Source: a virus (taxonomy: Duplodnaviria; Caudoviricetes). From it: a stretch of 64,000 bases of DNA. The stretch's first letter is position 1. Each line of letters starts with the position of its first letter. The notes under the pieces were generated by a model. It was not told where the DNA came from. It saw only the letters and a list, made by a program, of their open reading frames with translations, and did not search any database. Positions 9,570 through 19,270 of the stretch are shown in pieces. The translations under genes and the position numbers were made by a program. The DNA lies in IMG/VR virus record IMGVR_UViG_2675903043_000002, positions 35,347 through 99,346 of that record, one strand, 5' to 3'.

Positions 9570-10506
9570 AATTCTGGCAGGCCCTTATGATCTGCTCGAT
9601 CTGGAGGGTAATTTAGTCACCGATGATTCATTACAGCAGGCGCGCTATTACGACGATGATATCGGACTGATGTTCTCGGCAGGCCGCACTCTTGGCAAAA
9701 ACTGGGTAATCCAATTGGACGGCACCGCCTGCATTCGTAGTGACAGTTATGGCATTTACGTGGTTGATTTGCAGCAAACACCACAAAGTGAATACCTGCT
9801 GGTCGATGCGCTGTTTAAGGACAAGTTATACCGGTACAACAAGCGCACCGCTACCAGGGAAGTGTTGCTCCTCTCCGGTGGAACCAATGCCCTGGCGGAC
9901 ATTCAGGTGCGCACCCAAGATCGCTTCCTGTCTGCCAGCCATAACTTGGTTAAATGGCGGCCACTCGATTTAAGCGCAGGCGCGGTCACTGAGGCAACGT
10001 TAACGGGGGTGGGCGATTTAACGGGACTATCGATCAATCCGATCTGGTCCAGGACGCGTAATCCCGATGTGCTGGCGCTCGCCTATGAAAACGGCCACAT
10101 CGTCTACTATAACCACATTACTAAAACACAAGCGCCGGGGTCAGCCTACATCGGAGCGAACAAGGATGCCTGGTACAGCCCCAAGTATGATATCTGGCTG
10201 CGACTAACCAGTGAGCGCAAGCTTTATGTGCATGCTTCCAGGCCTCGACCGTACGCGTTATCTGATCCAATCGGATCGGTGCCAGTCAGGGGTAAGGTGA
10301 GCACTTATAGCGTGCAGCTGACAGGTGATGCGGGCGAGCCGTGTCCGGATGAGTTGATCGATTGGTCATTGGAGATCGGCAGCGTAGGCCAGCTGAAGAA
10401 TACGCAATCGCGCACCGATGCGAGCGGCTATGCCACGGTGGATTACTTGGCTCCGGTCGTGGGAGCGCTGGGCAATGTCATCGTCAAAGCGGAGCTGCGA
10501 TTCTGA
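9562..10506 (+). CDS. Tail protein with C-terminal Ig-like (Big-1-like) domain
   Basis: LTGDAGEP...SRTDASGYATVDY. Confidence 0.6.
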   Translation: MLEILAGPYDLLDLEGNLVTDDSLQQARYYDDDIGLMFSAGRTLGKNWVIQLDGTACIRSDSYGIYVVDLQQTPQSEYLLVDALFKDKLYRYNKRTATREVLLLSGGTNALADIQVRTQDRFLSASHNLVKWRPLDLSAGAVTEATLTGVGDLTGLSINPIWSRTRNPDVLALAYENGHIVYYNHITKTQAPGSAYIGANKDAWYSPKYDIWLRLTSERKLYVHASRPRPYALSDPIGSVPVRGKVSTYSVQLTGDAGEPCPDELIDWSLEIGSVGQLKNTQSRTDASGYATVDYLAPVVGALGNVIVKAELRF

Positions 10507-11615
10507 TGTTCAGGCAGATTTATGAGTCGGTGCCGACGCCTTATCGTACCCAGGAGGAGCTTCCGGCGGTGGGGACAGGTATTGGAGCGTTTCTGTACAA
10601 CCCCTATTTAGTCGAGCAGCCGAGGCTATATGGCGAGGAAATGTACCTATTGGCTGGTTTGTTTGTGCGACGCGAGCAAACGGCAACAGCCAACCACACC
10701 CTCCACTTGGTTGGGTTTACGCAAATTATCCGTTGGCCGAGCTGGGATACGCGCCACTGGGTCTTTGATGGCATCACGGGCGAGTTTCTGCGTGATGATC
10801 CAGCTATCCCGCCATTGGCACTCGGTGGTGATCTGGTAGAAGGCGCTGATGGCTCGATCTGGATGTATACCGCCTGGACGGGCGGTTGGATCGAATTAAA
10901 TCCCGTGACTATGGCTTCCATCACTGGCAGCACACTAGACAAGGCTAAATACGGCAATCCAGCTTCGATTGAAACACCTTTGGTGGATCGTGCCAACAAT
11001 ATCTTGGTGTGTGCAGAAAGTAGTGGTGTTGCGAGAATTAAAATTTACAACTTCACCACTGGTACATGGATACGCGATATCGAGGTGTCCGGGCCGCCCG
11101 CTCAGATCATGCCGGAGAGCAACAAATACGCCTATGTCTACTGCCACAACGGCATCATTAATTTAATCAATTATGTTGATGGGCGTGTGTTGTCGGCATT
11201 GAAAGCACCTGCACCAACCGATACGCAATATTTGACACAGATCGGCTCACAGAAATTTGCCTATGATCGTTTTCATCGGCGCTTGCTCGCGTTTCAGATG
11301 GTTGTGAATAATGCAGACGGATCGAGCGCATCAACCATCAAAGGCTGGTATCCGGTGCCCTTGCCAGTCAGGATCATGCAGCCGATACCGCTCATTGCAC
11401 CACGCGCGGGTAGGACTGTGCCCTACCTTACCCGGCTGTATGGCGATGCGGGCGAACCGGTGGCGGGAGTGCATGTACAAGGCGCAATCAGCGGTGTGAA
11501 CGTTAACATAGCGCCGGGCATTACCGATAACAATGGCTATGCCCTCGTGCAGGGCATAGCCACTGCCGCCGGTAGCGCTATCCTCACCGTCAGCGCGGAG
11601 GTGATCACTTCATGA
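10506..11615 (+). CDS. Tail protein, beta-rich N-terminus plus C-terminal Ig-like domain
   Basis: Likely start ATG 10506 (TGATG overlap); LYGDAGEPVAGV...TDNNGYALV. Confidence 0.6.
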   Translation: MFRQIYESVPTPYRTQEELPAVGTGIGAFLYNPYLVEQPRLYGEEMYLLAGLFVRREQTATANHTLHLVGFTQIIRWPSWDTRHWVFDGITGEFLRDDPAIPPLALGGDLVEGADGSIWMYTAWTGGWIELNPVTMASITGSTLDKAKYGNPASIETPLVDRANNILVCAESSGVARIKIYNFTTGTWIRDIEVSGPPAQIMPESNKYAYVYCHNGIINLINYVDGRVLSALKAPAPTDTQYLTQIGSQKFAYDRFHRRLLAFQMVVNNADGSSASTIKGWYPVPLPVRIMQPIPLIAPRAGRTVPYLTRLYGDAGEPVAGVHVQGAISGVNVNIAPGITDNNGYALVQGIATAAGSAILTVSAEVITS

Positions 11616-12142
11616 CTATTTTGACTAGCCAGACGACCTTTACCATAGGCGAGGCCTCCACTGAAACCACCTCTATCAATATCACGATTCTACCTTCTAT
11701 CGGTACAGCTTCTGGTAAGGGGCGACTCATCCATCCTGCCCTCGGCACTTACGATTACGCGCAATGTCCGGATGAATGGAGCAACATCGATGGCGATGCC
11801 ATCATTGCCCCGATCTGGGCGAGCAGCAAAACACTGAATGGCGCCTCCAATACTCTGACGATGGGCAACATCCGCGATGTAGTGGTAGAGGAACGTTGGA
11901 CGGGTGGATTGTCCACCTCTCTGGAGATGGTTCGCATATTGGCTGCTTTCTGGCAGAATCCGCCTGATCCTGCTATCGACTACATTGAATGGTATCCCAA
12001 TTACATCAACGCTAACGGCTATAAGGTGATCCTCACAGGTTTAGAGCTGAATGGGCAAGGATTGAATTTTGATTTCATTTCACGCCAGGGTTATGTGACG
12101 GGCACCTTGGTGTTACGTATGCGCATTGCAGGAAGAATGTAA
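11612..12142 (+). CDS. Phage tail protein (distal-tail-like)
   Basis: Coupled ATGA start, position in the tail module. Confidence 0.5.
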   Translation: MTILTSQTTFTIGEASTETTSINITILPSIGTASGKGRLIHPALGTYDYAQCPDEWSNIDGDAIIAPIWASSKTLNGASNTLTMGNIRDVVVEERWTGGLSTSLEMVRILAAFWQNPPDPAIDYIEWYPNYINANGYKVILTGLELNGQGLNFDFISRQGYVTGTLVLRMRIAGRM

Positions 12143-13590
12143 TGAATCATCGCTGGCAGCCATTTGCTCAGGATAGCGTCAAAAACATTGCCATTATTTG
12201 GCACCCAACGGCTACTCCATTGCAGATGGTAGAAGGCACGCATGCAGACGGGGTGGATATCAGCGCTTTTGTTACTCGTGCCTCACACAGCGCAGCCGAG
12301 GGCAATGTCACCGTGACCTGGCATTTGGAGTTATACGAGGTTGATCAGCCACAACCAGGCCAGATCATCGAATTCAGGCTGGATGATCAGTTGCTGTGGT
12401 GGGGAGTGATCGAGTCTCTCAATGGTTACCGTTTGAGCTCCGGCGTACGCTCTTTGACGTTGACGCTGCGATCACGCGATGCCTCGCCCCATTGGCGCAA
12501 CGTTCGCCGGGTAACTGAGATTTACCCGGTGGCCACTCCGCTGTCAGTCATTGCGAGAGACATTGCCTACACGCTCGGCTTGAGCGATGCCGAGATCGGA
12601 TTTGGTGAGACATCCGTCACTACTGTCCATTCAAATACCCAACTGGCAGACTTAACCGCCTGGGAAATGCTGGAGAAATTGGCTGAGCCTCTCGGTGTGC
12701 AGTCTTTTGTCGATGCACGTGGTGTTTTGAAAACCATTTCCCGCGATATCACGCGGCCAGTCGATATTGTTTTAACCACCGAGCGCATCATCAGCGTCAC
12801 CGCAGCCAAATCCAGGCCGCCGCTGACCGCTGTCAAAGTACGATGGCTGGACCCAAACCTGACCAAGGTTTCGCAACAGGACCAGCTATTGGCCAGTATC
12901 AATATCACTGCAGGCTTCTTCCAGCTTAAACAAAAAAAGCGAATTGCTTTTTCCGAGGATGAAACGCAGCGCGCAGAAAATACTTATCTGGTCATTCGTC
13001 AATCGGCCAATTCAGGGCTGCTGCCAGTATGCGAAGAAAGTTATTCGCAAGAAACTCAAACCGGTGGCGAAATCGTGCTTACCACCTATGCCTGGGTGCC
13101 TGCGCTGGTAACGGCCGGCATGGCAGCGATTCTGTCCAGTTCACTTATTCCCGACGGAGTAACTCCCACGGAAACCATTCCGTTAGGACGACCCATTCAG
13201 GCAGGCGCCGAGATTACGGTACTACTGACATTGGCCTCGATTGGCACTGGCATGTATGAGATCTGGGGTACACCCTACGATTATGTGCACGCGCGCAACA
13301 TCACTGAAGCCTATGATCAAAACGCGCCAGAATGGCTGAGTAATGAAGTCGAGATCGAAAACGATTTCATCATGGATGAACCGATGGCGCAAGCCTATGC
13401 GGTACGTGAACTGCTTTACAGAGCGCGCGAGGTATCCAGTTTCAATATGTCGATTGTCGATGACCCCAGAATCGAGCCAGGCGACATTATTGAATTACCC
13501 GACCAATCAAGACTATACGTGACCAACTACCAGCGCGATGTATCACCAGGTAGCGCGGCCGTACTGGATGTGGAGGGTTTTCGCGTATGA
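12142..13590 (+). CDS. Tail tip / hub protein
   Basis: AWEMLEKLA...FVDARGVL and C-terminal DPRIEPGDII typical of hub proteins. Confidence 0.65.
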   Translation: MNHRWQPFAQDSVKNIAIIWHPTATPLQMVEGTHADGVDISAFVTRASHSAAEGNVTVTWHLELYEVDQPQPGQIIEFRLDDQLLWWGVIESLNGYRLSSGVRSLTLTLRSRDASPHWRNVRRVTEIYPVATPLSVIARDIAYTLGLSDAEIGFGETSVTTVHSNTQLADLTAWEMLEKLAEPLGVQSFVDARGVLKTISRDITRPVDIVLTTERIISVTAAKSRPPLTAVKVRWLDPNLTKVSQQDQLLASINITAGFFQLKQKKRIAFSEDETQRAENTYLVIRQSANSGLLPVCEESYSQETQTGGEIVLTTYAWVPALVTAGMAAILSSSLIPDGVTPTETIPLGRPIQAGAEITVLLTLASIGTGMYEIWGTPYDYVHARNITEAYDQNAPEWLSNEVEIENDFIMDEPMAQAYAVRELLYRAREVSSFNMSIVDDPRIEPGDIIELPDQSRLYVTNYQRDVSPGSAAVLDVEGFRV

Positions 13591-14120
13591 GCATGCTGAC
13601 TTACATCACGCAGGCGGAAATAAAGAATGCAGCCAAGGAACTGGACGGCAAAGTATTGACCAGACCTGCGCTGTTAGTCACCGATGGCTTGGCGATGATT
13701 TATGCGGTTGACGTCGACATCGGCCAGAACTATCCGCTCAAGAATGTGCCGATTGCACGTGCCAACCGTAATTTGCTCTACGCCGAAGTGGGGGCGGCAG
13801 TCAGACTCAGGCGAAGCGAATCCGGACACTATGAGGTGATAGGCTTTTCTCAGGAGCAACCGGGCAGCTTTTTTCGGGTGCCCATCACTCTCCCCTCATT
13901 TACTTTTGGTAACGCAGGCATCATCACCGGCGCCAACCCAGCTCTACCACCCTCACCCTTGCCAACCAGCTCGATCGTAATCGGCGAGCCCCAGGACAAT
14001 ACCTTGGTGGGTAGACCGCTCACCTATGCAGAACTGGCCATGCTTGGAACCTATGGTTTAACCCCATACGGGGCGACCGGCATCTTTAAAGGTGGCGTAT
14101 TACAGGAGATATATTCGTGA
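13587..14120 (+). CDS. Phage tail-associated protein
   Basis: Coupled ORF, VDVDIG...LKNVPIA. Confidence 0.5.
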   Translation: MSMLTYITQAEIKNAAKELDGKVLTRPALLVTDGLAMIYAVDVDIGQNYPLKNVPIARANRNLLYAEVGAAVRLRRSESGHYEVIGFSQEQPGSFFRVPITLPSFTFGNAGIITGANPALPPSPLPTSSIVIGEPQDNTLVGRPLTYAELAMLGTYGLTPYGATGIFKGGVLQEIYS

Positions 14121-15289
14121 CGTTACAGCTGCAACGCTTCATTAATGGCGATACCAATTACATCACGAAACACAACAGCAACCTCGATTTGATCGAGGCA
14201 GCCATCGCCTCGCTGGAATTGCTGGCTAGCAACAGTACGGCAGCGAGCAGCGTCAATGTGGCCAAAGCATTTCAGGCGCTGTTTGGCGTAAGCGCGAGTT
14301 TAATCGGTGCGGATAGTTATAAATGCACCGGCTCAGGCAATAATCTGACGGTGCAGCCTGGCTTTTGCTGGCGGCCAAGCTTGAATGCAGTAGTATCCAA
14401 AACGACCATTACCACTATCAGCTTCTCTGGTGTTTCTGCGGGTACCTGGTACATAACCGTCGATTCGAGCGGTACCCCTATCCGCACCAATAGCATTACT
14501 GAAGCAGCTTATAGCATAGTGTGGACCGGCTCGGCCTTTGGCACCATTACCCGCTTGCTCAATGTGGTGTGGGGCGCGGCCGATGAAGTGGCAGCACAGA
14601 GTAGTACCGTGCTTGGTACAAGCTTTACCAGCCTCGACAGCAGATTGGAAGCGAGTGAAAACAAGGCGGTGGCGGGCGATCTGGCGAGAACGTATCTATT
14701 AGGCAGACTGAGCAAATCAGTAGCAGGTAATAGCAATGTTACTTTGACTGCCGATGAGGCGAATAACCTGGAGCTGGTATTCACCGGTGCAGTATCGGGC
14801 GAGATCAACATCTCCGTACCGCTCAGCAATGCGCCGCGCTCCTGGCTAGTAATCAATAATACCACTGGCGGCTATAAGCTTACCCTAAAAGGGCTGAGTG
14901 GCACCGGTGTAGCTATGCCTGTTGGCACCGCTTTCTGGGTCTATCACGACGGCACTAATATTCTGGCACTCCCTAAAGCAGCCGTTCTCACCCTCCCCTA
15001 TAACACCAGCATAACTGCAGATTTCTCATGTGCAGACATCATCAAAATCACGCTCGGCGGTAATGCCATCATTACGCTCACAGGAGCAAAGGACCGGCAA
15101 AAATGCATGCTGGAATTAACGCAAGATAGCGTGGGAGGAAGAACTATAACGCTCGTGAATCATCGCTTCGGTTCGGATTTAACCAATATAACGTTATCTA
15201 CCGGGCCAGGGTTGACAGACAAGATCGGTTTTATTTATGACGCGGTCGCAGCCAAATTTGACGTGGTCGCTTTGATGAGGGGGTTCTGA
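14117..15289 (+). CDS. Tail fiber / receptor-binding protein
   Basis: S/T/G-rich; VTLTADEA..LVFTG, WLVINNTTGG and LTQDSVGGRT modules. Confidence 0.7.
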   Translation: MTLQLQRFINGDTNYITKHNSNLDLIEAAIASLELLASNSTAASSVNVAKAFQALFGVSASLIGADSYKCTGSGNNLTVQPGFCWRPSLNAVVSKTTITTISFSGVSAGTWYITVDSSGTPIRTNSITEAAYSIVWTGSAFGTITRLLNVVWGAADEVAAQSSTVLGTSFTSLDSRLEASENKAVAGDLARTYLLGRLSKSVAGNSNVTLTADEANNLELVFTGAVSGEINISVPLSNAPRSWLVINNTTGGYKLTLKGLSGTGVAMPVGTAFWVYHDGTNILALPKAAVLTLPYNTSITADFSCADIIKITLGGNAIITLTGAKDRQKCMLELTQDSVGGRTITLVNHRFGSDLTNITLSTGPGLTDKIGFIYDAVAAKFDVVALMRGF

Positions 15290-16311
15290 TGAGTTTAATC
15301 TTTTTTGATGGTTTCGAGACTTACGCTACCGCTGATATTTTGAAAGAATGGAACAGCACCACCGGTCCAGTGGCGATCAGCGCCACAGGGGGTAGACGCG
15401 GTGGAGGTGCTTTGTTGGCACCGAGTTCCTCCTCTTTTGGCTGGGCGTCCAAGACGCTGCCCGCAAATTACTCTACCTTGATCGTGGGGTTTTCATTCAG
15501 CCCGAGCATTTTGCCTTCTTTAACCAATTTCATCCTTCGTCTCATGGATGGTGGAACTCAACAATTAGAATTAGGCGTTAACCCAGCGGGTAATGTTGTC
15601 GTGAGCCGCAACGGCACGGTTTTGGGAACCAGCACTGCCGTGCTTGCCGCAGCTGAGCAGTATGTGGAATTGAAAGCTACGATCCATGACACTTCTGGTG
15701 CCTTTGAGGTGAGATTGAACGGAGTCAATATTCTGTCTGCCTCGAATGTCGACACTAAAAATACCGCCAATGCTTTTGTCAATCAGGTGGCTTTGGGGGT
15801 ACCTGGCAATACCGGCCTCTCTTCGATATTCAAGTATGATGATTTTTATCTGCTCGATACCACGGGACCTGCGCCCAACAATGATTTTCTGGGTGATGTG
15901 CGCATCGATGCGGTTTATCCTAGCGCGGATGGGAATTACACCGATTGGACGCCAAGCACAGGTACCAGCCATTATGCCTTGGTGGATGATCCCACGCCCA
16001 ACACCACCGATTACAATGCGAGCAATGTGATCGGACAGAAAGATAGCTATGTGATGGGCGATCCGCCATCATTAGCCAGCCAAATCATTTACGGAGTCAG
16101 AGTGAAAGTCGCTGCGCTCAAGGATGATGCCGGCTCTCGCTCGCTTAAAATCGGTATCCGATCTGGCACTACCGATAGCCTTGGCGCTGCCCAGGCGTTA
16201 TCCACTTCGCAAATCTATTACTCGAACATTCACGAAGTGGACCCGAACACCGGGGCAGCCTGGACACCGGCTGCGGTTAACGCGATGGAAGTTGTCATCG
16301 AGTCGGCATAA
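15289..16311 (+). CDS. Beta-sandwich (lectin-like) virion protein
   Basis: FDGFE start, YVELK...EVRLNG, YDDFY. Confidence 0.55.
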   Translation: MSLIFFDGFETYATADILKEWNSTTGPVAISATGGRRGGGALLAPSSSSFGWASKTLPANYSTLIVGFSFSPSILPSLTNFILRLMDGGTQQLELGVNPAGNVVVSRNGTVLGTSTAVLAAAEQYVELKATIHDTSGAFEVRLNGVNILSASNVDTKNTANAFVNQVALGVPGNTGLSSIFKYDDFYLLDTTGPAPNNDFLGDVRIDAVYPSADGNYTDWTPSTGTSHYALVDDPTPNTTDYNASNVIGQKDSYVMGDPPSLASQIIYGVRVKVAALKDDAGSRSLKIGIRSGTTDSLGAAQALSTSQIYYSNIHEVDPNTGAAWTPAAVNAMEVVIESA

Positions 16312-16970
16312 TGACGGCAGCTCGATCAAGCCAAGTTGTTGCGGAGATACTGCGCAACAACACAGCAGTTAAAGCGCACGCTAGTCAAGCGGCCGCCGCA
16401 GTTTTACGCAAAAATACGAGTGTCAATATCCAGGCGAGTCATGCCATCGCCGGAGTATTGCGGCAAAATACAGCGGTCAAAGCACAAGCGCACCAGCTTA
16501 TTGCGTCTATTTTACGCAAGGAGGTGACGCCACCCAATATTCAGGTAAGCCAATTAACCGCAGAGACATTGAGGCCGTCGATCATCACTGCACAGGTTAG
16601 TCAAGTCGTAACCGAGGTAATTAGCGCAGAGCGAACCTTGAAGGCAATCTTACCGCTCAGCGTAACACTCCAGGCTGATCTGGTGTCTGGCTTGGTTCTG
16701 GGGTCAATCTTTACCGCATCTCTCGATACCGAAGCCAGATTGGAGCTTGGCACTGAGCTGGCTTTCACACAATTTTCCACATCGATCGAGGTGCAAGCCG
16801 CATTGCAGTTTCAGTCAAGATTATCGGCTATCTTCCCTACTCATACCGCTACGCAAGCAAGTTTGCAGCAGGGCTCTGAATTGATGGTCACCCTACCCAT
16901 TACGCTCAAACAGCGTGCTGGCTTGAAAGTTTATCCCGAATCCGTTACTGGGTTTTTCTTATTGTTTTGA
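16311..16970 (+). CDS. Repeat-containing phage tail protein
   Basis: About five or six ~18-aa repeats of type A.ASQ..A.VLR.NT.V. Confidence 0.55.
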   Translation: MTAARSSQVVAEILRNNTAVKAHASQAAAAVLRKNTSVNIQASHAIAGVLRQNTAVKAQAHQLIASILRKEVTPPNIQVSQLTAETLRPSIITAQVSQVVTEVISAERTLKAILPLSVTLQADLVSGLVLGSIFTASLDTEARLELGTELAFTQFSTSIEVQAALQFQSRLSAIFPTHTATQASLQQGSELMVTLPITLKQRAGLKVYPESVTGFFLLF

Positions 16971-16982
16971 TCAGGAGTCACT

Positions 16983-17396
16983 ATGAGTTCAGCTACGAAT
17001 ATGCTGGAAGAATCTATTGGCAACCATCTGTTACGCACGGCTACATGGCCAAAACCAGCAGGCATTTATATTGCGCTTTTTACTACGCTTCCGCTCGAAG
17101 ATGGCACCGGTGGCGTAGAGGTGTCAGGCGGTAACTACGCCAGAGTGCAGAATGGCCCTAGTGATGCTGCCTGGAATGCGCCCACGGGCGGCAATGGTGA
17201 GTTCTCTAATGCTGCAGCAGTTGTGTACGGCGCACCTAATGCCAATTGGGGAAACGTAGTCGGCGCAGGTATTTATGATGCTTCTACCGGTGGCAGCCTA
17301 CTAGCGATGGCCAATCTCGATACGACCAGGAATATCGTGGCAGGCGATCCAGCACCGAATTTCCCAGCGGGCGCATTGAAATTCATCTTTGCTTAA
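16983..17396 (+). CDS. Phage tail fiber-associated protein
   Basis: YIALFT...EVSGGNYARV...WG.V...GIYDASTGG.LL. Confidence 0.7.
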   Translation: MSSATNMLEESIGNHLLRTATWPKPAGIYIALFTTLPLEDGTGGVEVSGGNYARVQNGPSDAAWNAPTGGNGEFSNAAAVVYGAPNANWGNVVGAGIYDASTGGSLLAMANLDTTRNIVAGDPAPNFPAGALKFIFA

Positions 17397-17437
17397 CATC
17401 ACTTTCTTTTCTCATCCTGTTTCATCTCACCCCTACC

Positions 17438-17457
17438 CCGCCTTTGGCGGTTTTTTT
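17438..17457 (+). terminator. Rho-independent terminator between tail and lysis genes
   Basis: CCGCC-TTT-GGCGG followed by T7. Confidence 0.6.
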
Positions 17458-17474
17458 ATTTCTGGAGCTTACAA

Positions 17475-17762
17475 ATGAATCTACCTACTCTGTATAACGG
17501 CATGGTCGTCATGCCGCAAGATGAGTTCGAACAGTTGCTCGAACAAGCAGCCGCACGCGGGGCCAAGCGTGCATTAGCAGATGTCGGCCTGGAAGGCGAA
17601 GATGCTGCGCACGACATTCGTGAGCTGCGTGATCTGCTCGATGCTTTCAATACCGCCAAGCGTACCGCCTGGCAGACGATAATCAAGATCATTACCACAG
17701 GCTTTGTTCTAGCTCTAATTGCAGGCGCACTACTAAAAATTGAATTATTTGGAGGTCAGTAA
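17475..17762 (+). CDS. DUF6127-like membrane protein
   Basis: AARGAKRALADVGL..EDAAHDIRELRDLL plus C-terminal TM segment. Confidence 0.7.
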   Translation: MNLPTLYNGMVVMPQDEFEQLLEQAAARGAKRALADVGLEGEDAAHDIRELRDLLDAFNTAKRTAWQTIIKIITTGFVLALIAGALLKIELFGGQ

Positions 17763-18274
17763 TGGTTGAAACTATCATTGATGACATCATTCGCCGTGAA
17801 GGCAACTTCATCAATCACCCCAATGATCGCGGTGGTCCAACTAAATATGGCATCACGGCCAAAACACTCGGAGGATGGCTTCATCTAGGTCGGCTAGCCA
17901 CAAGCGAGGAAGTGGCGGTGCTCACCGAAGCAGAAGCACGAGAAATTTATCGTCATCAATACATTGTAGAGCCAGGCTTTGATGCAATCACGCATCCGGC
18001 GCTGCAAGCCCTGCTGGTAGATAGCGGTGTGCATTCTGATCCAAGAACGGCAGTGCATTGGCTGCAAACAGCCTTAAGTGTGGTCGCTGATGGAGTAATT
18101 GGCCCGAAGACACTTGCTGCTATAGCGGCTACCGATCAAAATAAACTCTATAGAAAAGTTCTTGCAGCACGCGTTCGCCACTTGGGGCGATTGATCACCA
18201 ATGATCCCAAGCAATCGGTCTTTGCCGCTGGCTGGATGAACCGAATGGCAGAATTTGTGGAGGGTACCGTATGA
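17762..18274 (+). CDS. Endolysin, glycoside hydrolase 108 with peptidoglycan-binding domain
   Basis: REG.F.NHPNDRGGPTKYGIT, DGVIGPKT, FAAGWMNR. Confidence 0.9.
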   Translation: MVETIIDDIIRREGNFINHPNDRGGPTKYGITAKTLGGWLHLGRLATSEEVAVLTEAEAREIYRHQYIVEPGFDAITHPALQALLVDSGVHSDPRTAVHWLQTALSVVADGVIGPKTLAAIAATDQNKLYRKVLAARVRHLGRLITNDPKQSVFAAGWMNRMAEFVEGTV

Positions 18275-18699
18275 TTCCAATTCTGACTATGTTAGCGCCA
18301 GGATTGATTGAGGCTGGCAGCCGTCTGCTCGATCGGTTGATTCCCGATCCGGCTGAACGCGAAAAAGCCAAGCTCGCATTACTTCAGGCCGAAGGGCAAC
18401 AAGCATTGCAGGAGATGCAAACAAGCTTGTCGGCCATCCTGGCTGAAGCGAATTCCGCTGATCCGTGGACGAGCCGGGCACGGCCGACTTTTCTGTATGT
18501 GATCTACGGTGTAATTTTGCTTTGTGTACTCGGATCTATCCTTGGCATCTGGTGGCCGGCTCATGTTTTCCAGGCAGCGGAGAATTTGAATAAGCTTTTG
18601 GGAGCTGTGCCGGAGAGCTTGTGGTGGTTGTTTGGGACTGGTTACCTTGGTTATACAGGGGCTAGGAGTTTTGACAAGTGGAAAGTGCCAGGGCGATAG
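18271..18699 (+). CDS. Holin (GTA 3TM holin-like)
   Basis: LIPDP, DPWTSRARP, LWWLFGTGYLGYTGARSFDK. Confidence 0.85.
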   Translation: MIPILTMLAPGLIEAGSRLLDRLIPDPAEREKAKLALLQAEGQQALQEMQTSLSAILAEANSADPWTSRARPTFLYVIYGVILLCVLGSILGIWWPAHVFQAAENLNKLLGAVPESLWWLFGTGYLGYTGARSFDKWKVPGR

Positions 18700-18973
18700 C
18701 CCCAGCCAGCCGATACGATAATCCCCCGATCTCACTGCCGACGATGCTAATGGGGTGCTCACCCAAGACCCAGAACGCTGCTGCTCAGCACTGCCCACCA
18801 AGTTAGTTAGTTGGCCGCGGCCATTGTTATTGACTCGAGATTAGCTCGTCCAGAGTAAAAGGGCGAGACCCAGTAGCTCTTCACGTCGTCTGAAGCAAAA
18901 TACACCTGTAAACGCTTGACTTCACCGCCTAACAGCGTGTTCATGTCATCCACATCAACAACGGAGTACAGCG

Positions 18974-19264
18974 ATGAGCAATCAATTCAAGAGGGCCATC
19001 ATTGATGATGTCATCTCGCGTAACATTGACCCCACAGTGCAAGCTAACTTACTTGACATATTTGAGTTGGCTATGAAGTCGGTAGCCACCACCCTGGTGC
19101 GTGAGGCCAAGTTCGACACGTCCGATTTCGCTACCGCCGAAGAGCGAGGCTGCGAGGACTTTTCCTTACTCGTGAGCCGGGTCCGCTCCGACTCCCGTAA
19201 CGAATGGTTCGGCTCGTTTCAGCGGGGCGAGAAGCGCCTCGATGTCATCGGCCACCTCGAGTAG
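18974..19264 (+). CDS. Hypothetical protein at the prophage end
   Basis: 96 aa, RBS GGAG, upstream TTGACT-17-GTTCAT promoter-like motif (18916-18944). Confidence 0.6.
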   Translation: MSNQFKRAIIDDVISRNIDPTVQANLLDIFELAMKSVATTLVREAKFDTSDFATAEERGCEDFSLLVSRVRSDSRNEWFGSFQRGEKRLDVIGHLE

Positions 19265-19270
19265 CCTTCC

